Assembly: GCF_006345805.1 (NCBI RefSeq)
Contig: NW_021831987.1
Span: forward strand, 94,496 to 158,495
Direction: 5' to 3'
DNA length: 64,000 nt
Source of the DNA: Octopus sinensis
Taxonomy: Eukaryota
Shown: positions 52,106 to 64,000 of the stretch, piece by piece
Position numbering within the stretch: position 1 is the stretch's first letter
Layout: each line of letters opens with the position of its first letter
Translations under genes and position numbers: made by a program
Notes under the pieces: generated by a model
Database searches by the model: none
What the model was told of the DNA's origin: nothing
The model's input: only the letters and a program-made list of their open reading frames with translations

Positions 52106-52594
52106 TACTTCTTATTTATTTATCTCTTGTAGAAAGTTTGCATCCGGAAACACTTGAAACAACATGTTCTTTTCCTTTTAAAACGACACGATGTAATTTG
52201 GGAGAGATTTATCGACTATTTTTAGTAGAACGAATGACCACTTCTCTGCTGTTGTTATTTGGGTGTCAGGTATATAGGTCCCTAATTCTGCTGCAGTTGT
52301 AGATTGGTCAGATATTGAACTACGTATAGCAAGACAACGATGCACTCATCTTTATAACAGTGCTCCTCCTTCTTACACCCATGAATATTGCCCATGTGTA
52401 GTACCTACTTAATATAGAGATATTAACCAGTTCAAATACTTTATAATATCTTGTGCGGCACTTGACTTTATGACAAACCCAATGAGGGAATCACACAAAA
52501 ATATGTTTTAAAAACAAAAGGAAGGACAATGGTTAATGTAATCTCAGTTAAATTGTTTTAGTAAAGACTGGATCGATACAACATGAATGTCTTT

Positions 52595-52756
52595 GGAAAT
52601 AGGTTTACTCATAAGAGTGAGTGAAAGTTGTGGTGAAAGAGTACAGCAGGAAATAGGTTTACTCATAAGAGTGAGTGAAAGTTGTGGTGAAAGAGTACAG
52701 CAGGAAATAGGTTTACTCATAAGAGTGAGTGAAAGTTGTGGTGAAAGAGTACAGTA
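52595..52756. repeat. 3 x 54-bp tandem repeat spanning a SINE end and its flank
   Basis: Unit ggaaataggtttactcataagagtgagtgaaagttgtggtgaaagagtacagca at 52595, 52649 and 52703. Confidence 0.93.
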
Positions 52757-52904
52757 GGAATCACCACCATCCCCTGCTGGAGCCTCGTGGAGCTTTAAGG
52801 TGTTTTCGCTCAATAAACACTCACAACGCCCGGTCTGGGAATCGAAACCGCGATCTTATGACCGCGAGTCCGCTGCCCTAACCACTGGGCCATTGCGCCT
52901 CCAC
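52721..52904 (-). mobile_element. SINE family C, 3'-truncated
   Basis: gtggaggcgcaatggcccagtggttagggcagcggactcgcggtc head; atgagtaa present at both ends (possible TSD). Confidence 0.85.
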
Positions 52905-52992
52905 TTACTCATTCATAGCTAACAGGTGACTCGAGTTCAATTCCATTGTCTTAATGCTTAGAAGAGTTAGACGTTGTCTGTCTCGCATTCGA

Positions 52993-53081
52993 TATTAATA
53001 CGATCCAGCATGAAGCGACTGGGTGGGGCTGATTGGACATTGGTGATTTGGAACAGCGACAAGACATGCAAACTGGATTGG
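52993..53081 (-). promoter_or_regulatory. Candidate Pol II promoter (3 x CCAAT, GT-box, TATA-like)
   Basis: Minus-strand order: CCAAT 53081-77, 53043-39, 53036-32; CCCCACCC 53028-21; TATTAATA 53000-52993. Motif evidence only. Confidence 0.3.
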
Positions 53082-53714
53082 CGACAGCACGTTTTGGCAC
53101 TGCAGGGAAACAAACACACACATTCACGCACATACACTCCCAGACACGAACGTACATGCAGAAATATACACATACAGGTGGATAGAGTGTGAGAAAGAGA
53201 TAGGGGTTGGGTGATATTACACAATCATACAATGATCACACACATAAGGAGAGAGACAGAGTGAGAGGAATGGAAGAGAAAAGCATTACACATGCATATA
53301 AACATAAACAGATGCTCACACACATAAGCAGAGAGAGTGACAGGGAGATAGAGAGTAAGGGAAAGAGTGACAGAGAGAAAGAGAGTGAGTGAGAGAGAAA
53401 GACAATGAGTGAGAGAGAATGAGAGAGAAAGAGAAAAAGAAGTGAGGAGGGTGGGATAATCATTAAAACGTCTAATGTCAAATAAGTCAGCGTCGAATCA
53501 GCGATCCCAAATAAGCAGCGCCGAAACGGCTGCGCCAAAATGTCTCATACCCAATTCGATAGTTACCATTAGTATGCTAAGATAGAACATACCATTTCCT
53601 TCATAAAAGTTTGAGTTGTTATTGTTGATGTCGTGCGACAAAAATCGGTTCTGCTCAAGCAGAACCCTAAGCAAAAGCATTCAAACTATAACCGTCCCTT
53701 TACCTGTTCTCCTT

Positions 53715-54240
53715 TATTTGATTCAGTCATTGGACTACGGCCATGCTGGCGCTCCACCTTGAAGGATCTTAGTCGAATAAATCGACCACAGTAGTTAATT
53801 TTTTTTTTAAAGTCAGGTACGTATTCTAACATATTCTTTTGCCGAATTGCTAAGTTAGTTACGGCGACATAAACACATCAGCATCGATCGTCAAGCGATG
53901 GTGGGGGCACAAACACAGACACAAACATTTCCACACACACACACATTCACAGACAAATACACACACACACTCATACACACGCACACACACACACACACAC
54001 ACACACCACACACACACACACACCACACACACACACATATATATATATATATTATATATATATATATATATATGCATGTATGTATACGACGGGCTTCTTT
54101 CAGTTTCCGTCAACCAAATCCACTCAAAGACCTTGGTCGGCCTGAGGCTGTAGAAGGAGAAACGTACCCAAGGTGCCACGAAGTTGGACTGAACCCGGAA
54201 CCATGTGGTTGAAAAGCAAGCTTCTTACCACACAGCCACG
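53715..54240 (-). mobile_element. SINE family B with internal (CA)n(TA)n
   Basis: Both arms present. Confidence 0.85.
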
Positions 54241-54336
54241 AGTGGTATATCTAAGAATAAAGTTTGGCATGGTATTAGGAAAAGCTTTTAGAAAAGTAAA
54301 AGCCATCTGGGCCTCTGTGTGTGTGTGTGTGTGTGT

Positions 54337-54369
<33 letters not shown>

Positions 54370-55211
54370 AAGAGGAATGCAAGTCTGGAAGCCATACTTG
54401 GAATATGTCTCTTTGTTGATGTTCCCTGATATACGTATTCCATCGCTATATGAAGTGGCTCAAAGTTACATATTTATAGCAATCAGTACCTATTTACATA
54501 ACTTTTTACCTGGTCAGTCTCAGAATGGTATCGAATTCTACATCATACATCATGTTTTAGCTCTCCGCAATTTGTTTCATAGCAAATTTTCTAAAGGGAC
54601 CGCTGGCTGATAACCGCTAATAGATTTAGATATTGCTAACTAGGGAAAAAGAACAGAAAGAAAGAACGAGAGAGAAAAGAACAAGAGAAAGAAAGGAGAA
54701 AGAAAGCGATACGCTTATAATTAAGTAGTACTTATACATCTTAAGAATGGGATTTTAAGCATGCATGTGATATATGAAGAACTCTTCTTGATAAGGAAAT
54801 TGTTTAAATAATATATTGATAAAATGGTGAGAAAGTTGTTTTCTTTTTAACAAACCAAGTGAGCAAAAGTAGCGTTCTGAGACATTTATCATTTGGCAGT
54901 GAAGCCTCGTTCGTCACTGAAGGTGGGGCTTATTTGTAACGTTTATGCCTTTCCTAAGAGCATTTACTACGTAATTCAAAGGAAATTGTTACAACACTGA
55001 TATGGAGGCAGAATCAGGTTTGTTTGCCAGAGGCTTGCTCAATGTCTCTTTACTGATGTACACTAATGTGCAGAATATATTTATTTCTTGTTCTCTCGAA
55101 CAAAATAATCCCCTTTGTGTGAAAGCTTCAGTCGAGTTTGTATCACTGGTATTTAAAGCAAATCAAATACAAAAACGCAACAAAAAACCCAAGGCACATT
55201 CTCAGTTAATA

Positions 55212-55765
55212 TTGGGTTGTGCGGAAAGTTCGTGCTGATTTTTAAGGGAAATAAAAAGGTCAATAAATACTTGCCATTACATTTTTAATCAACCAAATAT
55301 GAGCCATTTTGTCGCACAATGCATCCCCATCTTTTCTTTAACTTGAAAATACCCTCTTCCCAGAATTGAGGTGGTTTCATGGCAAAGAATTCATACAGGT
55401 ATCTCTTTACGCCATACAAAAATTGAAATTTTTACCAATAAGACCTGAATAAGTGGAAATCCGAAGGAACAATATCTGGTGAATATGGAGGGTGGGGTAA
55501 CACATCCCAGCCGAGCTTCAGCAATTTTTGTCTGGTTTCCAAAGCATCAAGTGCCGGAAATGAACTTTCTTATCTTCCATTTTAAAGGGTTACAGACTTA
55601 ACACAGGTTATAGGAACATAAACCTTCTTCCATGAAAAGATAGCTTAAACTGTGCTCTAAATGGAGATGAAGTCAAATCCTATTTTATGGACTCAACCAT
55701 GTTCTAAAATAAGTCGAAAGGTAAGCTCCTATTATAAATCGGCACGAATTTTCCGGACAACCCAA
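55212..55765 (-). mobile_element. Internally deleted mariner transposon
   Basis: TA|ttgggttgtgcggaaagttcgtgctgattt...aaatcggcacgaattttccggacaacccaa|TA; minus strand [13 protein letters not shown] joined to ..[46 protein letters not shown]. Confidence 0.95.
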
Positions 55766-56630
55766 TAACATACGCTTGACGTTCAAAGTGTAAGAGTTAT
55801 AATGAAAGTAAACTAAGTATGTCCATAGTGCTGGATCTGTGTCGTCACAATGTGTAGAAGTAATGGCTCGACCTAGTGAGACTCCTTGTTCTCAAAGCTA
55901 TGTAACATATCATGTAACGCTATTCCAGAGATCAGTTTTGGCTCGAACTGAAAACAGATATTACAATCAAACTAAACTGGATATAGAAAGAAACCTACAA
56001 CTTAATAAAGAAAAATAGACTCAATATAATTATTTACTGAAGAATAAACACCGGGTTTCTTTTTTCTTTTTTTTTTTCAAATAGGATAACAAGCATTATT
56101 TTGACATTAGCCAACATTGACAGACAAAATATTAAGATATACCGAAAAGAACAAGATTCTAGATCACATAGCATCTGGAAATGACAAGATCCCAGCAACA
56201 CTGTATACCAACACTAACCAAAACTAAATACAAGACATACCAATGTTAAATATTATGGCATACCGATTCTAAATGGAAGCATTCGCAGAAATTAATTACT
56301 TTGTCTTGTTGAAACAAACAGTTAAAAACCTATCTTGACAAGTTACAATATATACGGGTTTCTCACGGCGAAACAATGAGATCGGTTAATGTAAAAGAAG
56401 GATCCGTTTCGATATTGAATAGAGATGTTGAAAACTAACTGGTAACGAGCCAACGAGGGAGAAGCCCTGTACGTGGTCACACAAACTACTAGAAATAACA
56501 GCAAAATCTCCCTCAAATTACACCCTACCGTCTTGAAAAAAAAAGGTCCGTTTATTGACGGAGTATTAAATACGCAGTTAAACGATTGGAGAGTTAAAGA
56601 TGTTTTGGTTTGGCGAGCTATCTATCTATC

Positions 56631-56765
<135 letters not shown>

Positions 56766-57855
56766 TATGTTTATTTATTAGCCACACAGGGCTGCACACA
56801 GACGGGTCAGATTACAAAGTAGAGCTTTTCTTTTTTGGAAAAAAAAAGAAAAAAAGTGGGGTAGGTTTTCGAACAAAAGGGATCGTGAAAGGGGAAAAAG
56901 AAAAAAAAAAAAGGAAAAGAAACAAAAGAAAAGAAAAAAGAACAAAGGTGAAAAAAAGGAAAAAAGGGGAAAAAAGAAAAAAAACGATCACAATGTCATG
57001 ATGTACGGTGTAAAGGGGGAAGCAGATAAGGTTTATCCGTGGGAAGAAAAGTCTACGGAAAAGACCACGGTAACCTCGGTCAATATTGTTACATGTTACC
57101 ACATTTGTTTGCAAGTGGGTAACCCTCTGTTTTCAATTTCTGGGTTCATAAGATTATGCTCAAGGTGGCTTCGTCATTCATACGTGCCATCCTTGCTACA
57201 TTCACCCATCTTTTTTTAAAACATTCGCTAGACAAAACTTGCCTCTCAACTCTCACTTTCCTTTTCAAATGATACTTGAAGAAGTTGATGAGAGATTAAC
57301 CAGAGAGGAAAGTGTTTGTCTCCCATCTTTTCAGACGCGTCCACCAGATACATTTTTTCGCCATAGCCACAAGGATGATGAAAATAGCTCTTCCTTCCCG
57401 TTTGAAGGAAGGAGGCGTGACAATATTGACGATAGACTCAGCTGATAAACCGACTCGTCCCACACGTGACAGCAGTTGTTCGACATAAGCCCACAGGTCG
57501 GAAATTGTTGGACACTGCACGAGTGCGTGCAGAACGGTTTCGTCGCTCTGACCGCATCTCGGGCAGGTCAGCCCCGTGTTTCTCGAGCCGTGTCTGTAGA
57601 GCTTATCCCGAACGGGTAGCGCTTCTCGGTAGCACTGCCAGGCCAGGGATCTCTGGAAGTTGCCCATGGGCCCTGGCCCGAAAGTCGTCCCGAACAGGCG
57701 GGTTAGGTATTCCTCGTCGACGTCCAGGTTCGCCCCGAGCTCGTCGTCGTACCTCCCCTCCACTAATCCCCGATAGAATGCTTGGGTTGTGTTGGAGTCA
57801 CTCAAGGTCGACCCGGGACGGTAGAGTTGCTTGAGAGCAACGCGACACTCGCGAA
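56766..57855 (-). mobile_element. 5'-truncated Tx1/L1-clade LINE in (GATA)n
   Basis: ORF2 C-terminus LAWQCYREALPVRDKLYRHG..CPRCGQSDETVLHALVQCP..LWAYV (zf-RVT/CCHC); long (GATA)n arrays on both sides. Confidence 0.93.
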
Positions 57856-57973
<118 letters not shown>

Positions 57974-58079
57974 GCACTGTGTGTGTTTCTTTTTATATGT
58001 CATCCCTATCATTTGACGACCGGTGTTGGTTTATTTACGTCCCTGTAATTTAGAGAATTTGCCAAAGGGATCGATAGAG

Positions 58080-58445
58080 TAAGTTAAGTTAAGTTAAGTT
58101 AATGTTTTGGCTCAAAAGCAAAAAGCAAGGACATGTAGGGGGACATGGAGTTATGTACAGGGAGGGTGTTCATGCAAAGAGTTCAGGCCATTTCTGGTCA
58201 AGAGAGACTTTGAACCGAGCGGTCGTCGGCATCTTCACAATCTCGTCCGGCAGCTTATTCCACGGATCCGCAACCCCGCAGCCGACGCTCTGGAGCAGGA
58301 GTGAAGAACAGCTCTTTCGAGAGGTTACACTTTCCGCTTATGATGTTGAGCAAGAATGAGATCACCATGGCGTCGTCGTTTTTCTAGAGAATAAATGTCG
58401 AGCGTCTTCAGCCTTTCTTCATAAGACAAATGCTTGAGACCAATA
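58080..58445 (-). mobile_element. CR1-clade LINE 3' fragment with (CTTAA)n tail
   Basis: GLKHLSYEERLKTLDIYSLEKRRRHGDLI; the plus strand shows (taagt)n at 58080-58102. Confidence 0.85.
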
Positions 58446-58669
58446 AGTACCTGACTTATTGCCAAATTCCCCCACCTCAAAACTACTGGTCTTGTACCTG
58501 AGGCACAAACTATTATGAGCTTAAATTTTAATCGTGAGCTTGTGGAGAAAAAGCAGGATGAAGGGCAAAGTTGATCGCGGCGGTATTTGAACTTAGAACG
58601 TAAAGAGCTGGAAAAAATTCCGCTAAGCATCTTGTCCGATGCATTAGCTTTTCTGCCACCTCGCCTCCG

Positions 58670-58985
58670 TGAAGGCGCGTGGCTTAGTGGTTAGGGTATT
58701 CGGCTCAAGATTGTGAGTTCGATTCCCAGCGGTGCGCTGTATTCTTGAGCAAGTCACTTTATTTCACGTTGCTCCAGTCCAGTCAGCTGGCAAAAATGAG
58801 TAGTATTTGTAATTCAAAGAGCTGGCCTTATCCCATTCTGGTGACACGCTGAATCTCCCCGTGAACTACTTTAAGGGTACGTGTGTCTGTGGGAGTACTC
58901 GACCACTTACACGTTAATTTCACGAGCAGACTCTTCCGTTGGTTGGATCAACTGGAGCCCTCGCCGTCGTAGCCGACGGAGTACC
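58670..58985 (+). mobile_element. SINE family D, full length
   Basis: gaaggcgcgtggcttagtggttagggtattcggctc..gagttcgattccc head; ttgagcaagtcactttatttcac; tail ctcgccgtcgtagccgacggagtacca. Confidence 0.85.
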
Positions 58986-59540
58986 AGGCGCCAACTTGCA
59001 GGGTAAATTAGAAAGCATAACAATATGACTCAGCTTGAACCTTAAACTAACTAAAGAGAATTTTTTAAAATAAAATGAACTAGTTAAGTACATTTTGTAA
59101 GGTTGAGATAATATCCTAACTCACACGAGAACAGAAATTAAACTATTAAAACCGACGTTGACATAAGCAAGTGCTGACAGCTCTACAGCATTAGAAATTT
59201 AACCAAATTAACCATTAGGACCCATACTGACATCAGCGAGTGTTGACACTTTTATACTAATCAGATCAAAACTACTGACTGCTAACTCATCTATTAACGT
59301 GATAGGCCTTTCGCTGTTATTGCTTTATTAAGGGTTGTGACGAGGGCGATGAGTTTGCTTAACGGATTTCTTCCAGCTCTATATGTACTGAATTCAAGGT
59401 CGACTTTGCTTTCCAGCCTTTCGGGGTCGATAAAATAAAGTACCAGTCGAGTACCGGAGTCAATATTACTCGACTTCACCTTTTTTCGAAATTGCTGGAT
59501 TTTTTGCTCAAAAATTCATTGGTAGTAACATGATGGAATG

Positions 59541-59765
59541 TGAAGGCGCAATGGCCCAGTGGTTAGGGCAGCGAACTCGCGGTCGTATGGTCGTGGTTTC
59601 GATTCCGAAACCGGACATTGTGAGTGTTTATTGAGCGAAAACCCCTAAAGCACGTGAAATAAAGCGTCTTGCTCAAAAATACAACACACAGCTCTGTCCG
59701 GGAATCGAACTCACAACCTCACTATCGGAAGCTCGACGCTCTAACCACTGAGCTAAGCGCCTTCA
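59541..59765. mobile_element. Two truncated tRNA-like SINE heads joined in opposite orientation
   Basis: Family C head (plus, 59541-59650) abuts a family D-like head (minus, 59651-59765) at gcacgtg. Confidence 0.7.
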
Positions 59766-59781
59766 CTACACATATACATAG

Positions 59782-59829
<48 letters not shown>

Positions 59830-59869
59830 GTGTGTGTGTGTGTGTTGTGTGTGTATATATATATATATA

Positions 59870-59905
<36 letters not shown>

Positions 59906-60608
59906 CATACATGTACACACAAGCACGCACACATACGCACATATATATATATATATATATATCTATATATATATAATATATATATCAGTCGTTAACATTC
60001 TTCATGTATGGAGTATTGATTTCTAATACGGGCAGAAATATAGACATTTTAGATGCAAATGTAATCGATGAAGCTGACCTTAGTATTTAACTGGTATCTT
60101 ATTTAATGTTACTGCAAGAATTATTGGCAAATTTGGGACTTAGCTGAATTTTAACCGAGAATATTGAAACCCGTCAGCATTGAAACATTTGCTGCCAAGA
60201 AGGCCTCAACCTGGAATATGTGATGCTTTAATCGGTTCACGAATCACAAAAAAAAAAACATTTCGTTTTTCATGTAACAACAATATTGCACGAGCGGGAG
60301 ATGCTGTGTGTTTTGTCCTAGATACGAAACTAGCAAAGAAAACCTATGTAGCTCTTATTGTACGAAATGGGGCATGTAGAATTAAGTGCTTCGTCTACGT
60401 TTAAGAGAAATTTTTTTGCAGCAGATTTGAGCAGAAGAGCAGCGGTAAGTTGTTGCGCAAACTGTTAATTAGGCAACGGTAAATGCAAGTTATGAAAAAG
60501 ATATCATTAAAGATAGAATAAATTGTGTTCTTACGGTTGATCTGGTTTATCTGTTAAAACTAGTAAATGATGTACGTACCATGCAGAGGTGAAATAATAG
60601 AGGTTGAG

Positions 60609-60648
<40 letters not shown>

Positions 60649-60720
60649 TAAGAAAATAGAGAGAGAGGGATGAGAGGGAAAGAGAAAGACTGGGAGGAAA
60701 AGAAAGGGTACGCGACAAAG

Positions 60721-60752
<32 letters not shown>

Positions 60753-61434
60753 GAAAGAAAATGAGAGGGGGAGAAAGAGGAGGGAAGATTGTATGTTGTT
60801 AAAGTAAATAGACATAATCTATTTGTGAAGGTGCGTTAAACAAACAGGGGGCAAGAGCGCTAAGGGTAACTCGTAATAATGAAGTGTTTCCTGCCTCTAA
60901 GCCCTTTTGTGTTCTGTGATGTGTTAATGGAAACTAAACATTACATTACAACTAAGAGTTTAAATGCAACACGAAAACATTTACAGATAAATTGTCAGAT
61001 ATACAACAGTGAATTCCGGGAGGCCATTTTCATTTAGTCGGGAGGAGGGGTAGGTTATTTTTGTTACAAAGTTTCATTCTTCTAAATTCTGCTATTGTCC
61101 ATGTGTATCATCATCAGCAGCAGCACCAACAGCATCATCTTCTGTATCGAAATCATCATCATCATTATCATCATTTTCGCCGCCGTCGACGTCGGCATCG
61201 TCGATATTAACTTTCATTTATTTATTTATTTATTTATTTATTTACAGTGCCGGCATGGCTGTGTGGTAACGAAGCGCGTTTTGCAGCCACGTGGTTTCCG
61301 GTTTAGTCCCACTGCGTGACACCTTGGGTAATTGTCCCCTATAATAGCCCTGAGCCCATCAAAACCCCTGACAGTGAATACGATTGACAGAAACAATGTG
61401 AAAGCCAGTTGTACACACACACACATACACACAA

Positions 61435-61470
<36 letters not shown>

Positions 61471-61793
61471 TTAAAAGGTTTCGAACCACTGGTTTAAACT
61501 CTAAGGTCACTTTGTAATCATAAGATTTCGAGTTCGATTCCATAGCTTGACATTTTGAATTCTTGTCTTTGACCGTAGCTTCGGGTTGAGCCAACTTATA
61601 CGAGCGGGTCTGAGTAAACGGTAAAATGTGCGTAAGTCATGGTTGGATTGTCTCGCTAATTCAAATGTTTATGGAACACTCAGCCACTTATACGCTAATT
61701 CTATAGACATCTTTTACACTTCATCGAACTATTAAATACTCACTGTCGAAATCGACAGGTGTATTAGTTTCACGCTCGAGAAGGTGAAAAAGT

Positions 61794-61829
61794 CTTTTAC
61801 GTTTCGAGCCTGCGCTCTTCAACAGAAAG
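61794..61829 (-). ncRNA. Minimal hammerhead-like motif, second copy of the 30868-30903 family
   Basis: cttt-CTGTTGA-a-GAGC gcag GCTC-GAAACGTA-aaag; differs from the other copy only in loop II. Confidence 0.55.
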
Positions 61830-62189
61830 GAACATGAGAAATTAAACACAGAGAGGATTAAAAAAAGCTTTAGTGGCCAGCGGTCAATCAGGGCGGCTGG
61901 CTGGACAGAGGTGGTTATATGGTGTGTGTTTTTGTGTTGTGTATGTGTGTGTGCTTAATATTTTGGACTAATGGGTATAGGTCGATTAACCAGACCGGGC
62001 ATATAACAACATCACAGCCAAACCACAGCATCTTAAGCGACACACAACTTTATGAACCCAGACTGCAAAATGGATTCAACACATGTTGAACGGAGTTCCA
62101 CCCATATACGATACGAACAGGATGGGTCGAAACCAACATTGTACAAAAAAAAAAGATTAATACTAAATCCATCTTCTGGTTATCTACGA

Positions 62190-62239
62190 AATTATTATTA
62201 TTATCGTTATTATTATTATAATTATTATTATTACTATTG

Positions 62240-62281
<42 letters not shown>

Positions 62282-62930
62282 TATTATATTATTATTATTA
62301 TATACACATACGCATACATACACAAACACATACACTCATGCATAATGCGTGCACACATATAATACATACATACATATATATATGTATGTGTATTTGTATA
62401 TGTATATATGTATATATGTATATATGTACGTATATATATATGTCTTTATATATATGTATGTATATATTTATATGTATGTATACATATATATATGTGTGTA
62501 TATACATGTATATAAATGTAAATATATATATATATATTTTTTCCGTCTACCAGATCCACTCACAAGGCTTTCGGTCGGCCCGAGGATATAGTAAAAGACA
62601 CTTGCCGAAGGTGTCACACAATGGGACTGAACCCTGAACCATGTGGTTGGTAAGCAAGCTTCTTACCATACAGCCACGCCTGCATGGTTTGTATATATGT
62701 ATATGTTGTTTATCTTTCTCAATATATATAGATGTGCCTATCTATCATCTATCTATATATATATCTATATATAATATATATATATATATTAAATACATAT
62801 ATATCTATCTATCTATCGATCTATCTATATATATATTATATATATATATATAATATATATATATATATTATATATATATATAATATATATATATGTAATA
62901 TATATATAGTGTGTGTGTGTGTGTGTGTGT
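62190..62930. repeat. (TAT)n and (TA)n-rich microsatellite block containing a SINE B 5' arm (about 62535-62685, minus)
   Basis: Directly visible. Confidence 0.9.
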
Positions 62931-62990
62931 GTCAAACACTACCAAACTTTTTCTCTATTGAGTATATTTAGTTTTCATAGCCTGCATATA

Positions 62991-63031
<41 letters not shown>

Positions 63032-63357
63032 GTAAAAAAATACAAACTGGGACAAGAACGCCAAACATTTAGAAGAGGATACAAAAAATTCGAAGCCTTC
63101 AATCTTCAGTCAAGAACCGGATCATCCTCGCAATTTCGGCTGATTAATCTTTTAGATTGCTCCGACCTGGCCAGCCCCAAAGGAAATCTAAGCCAAGCGC
63201 ATTAGATTCCTTGGAAGAAAGCCTCGAATGTATATAAATCAAGGACGGGAAAACGGACGATGTTACACGAATAAGAATACAAAAATACATAAAACATATT
63301 ATATATATATATATATATATATGTATGCATGTATTTATGTATGTATGTATATGCATT

Positions 63358-63393
<36 letters not shown>

Positions 63394-63449
63394 ATATATG
63401 TATATGCATATACACACACACATGATATTATATATATATATGTATATAG

Positions 63450-63494
<45 letters not shown>

Positions 63495-63941
63495 GAAGGT
63501 TGAAAATGCAATGAAGCATTCCTTAGCTACACACAAGACAAAATGTCAGAAAGACAGGTCAGTTATTCCTCTACAATTCTTTGTAAAATCTTAAATATAT
63601 CTCCTTCTGTGTGTATATATATATATATACTACGAAACAAACAGGATTTTTATTGAACTCATAATACTTTTCGGAGTCCCGTTCTGATTACTTTCTTAAA
63701 TACTTTCTAGTAAACTGTTATTAACATTTTCTTATTATTATCAAAGAATGTATATCTGTATTTTAAAAATTTTGTGATAACCAGAACTTAACACAACAAA
63801 GCTCATACAACCCATTACATTTTACTTTTGACAAACTATTTCTAAAAAAGAGAAACCGGTCAAGTGAATCTTTAAAATCTCATTTTCAAAGCTTCTTTCA
63901 TATATATTTGCACTCGTGCGGTACCTTACAACTTTACTTTG

Positions 63942-63982
<41 letters not shown>

Positions 63983-64000
63983 ATATATATATATATAATA

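Noticed and set aside
52595-52756. Regular repeats resembling a CRISPR array
   Set aside because: Head-to-tail units with no unique spacers, no cas genes, eukaryotic context.
53010-53068. MSCRCSK.. peptide as a candidate vg N-terminus
   Set aside because: Only MSC matches; the frame ends in a stop with no phase 0 donor.
63040-63290. Repeat-like segment with hairpin ccaaaggaaatctaa..ttagattccttgg and GAAA/CTGAAGA on the minus strand
   Set aside because: Could not be folded into a hammerhead or assigned to a class from sequence alone.

Overview
AT-rich, microsatellite-dense eukaryotic genomic DNA, not prokaryotic. The repeat landscape looks like a coleoid cephalopod, probably Octopus (inferred from repeat families I recognise, not proven). 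The only host coding sequence I can support is one internal exon of a vestigial/VGLL TEAD co-activator gene (28378-28651, minus strand, TONDU motif). Its neighbouring coding exons were not found, so most of the window is probably large intron or regulatory flank. The rest is mobile DNA: at least four tRNA-headed SINE families; Tx1/L1-clade, R4/Dong, CR1 and RTE LINE fragments; mariner, pogo/Tigger-like and hAT-like MITEs; and a probable non-autonomous Helitron. Most notable: (1) five 5'-truncated Tx1-like insertions, all inside (GATA)n arrays, whose 3' end resembles the tail of the commonest SINE; (2) several unrelated type I hammerhead-ribozyme motifs with palindromic stem III, two with very long stem II hairpins; (3) a TSD-bounded tRNA-headed SINE carrying a hammerhead motif and a (TAA)n tract that has been hit twice by Dong. 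Nearly all other ORFs in the track are microsatellite artefacts. Repeat boundaries were read by eye and are approximate.
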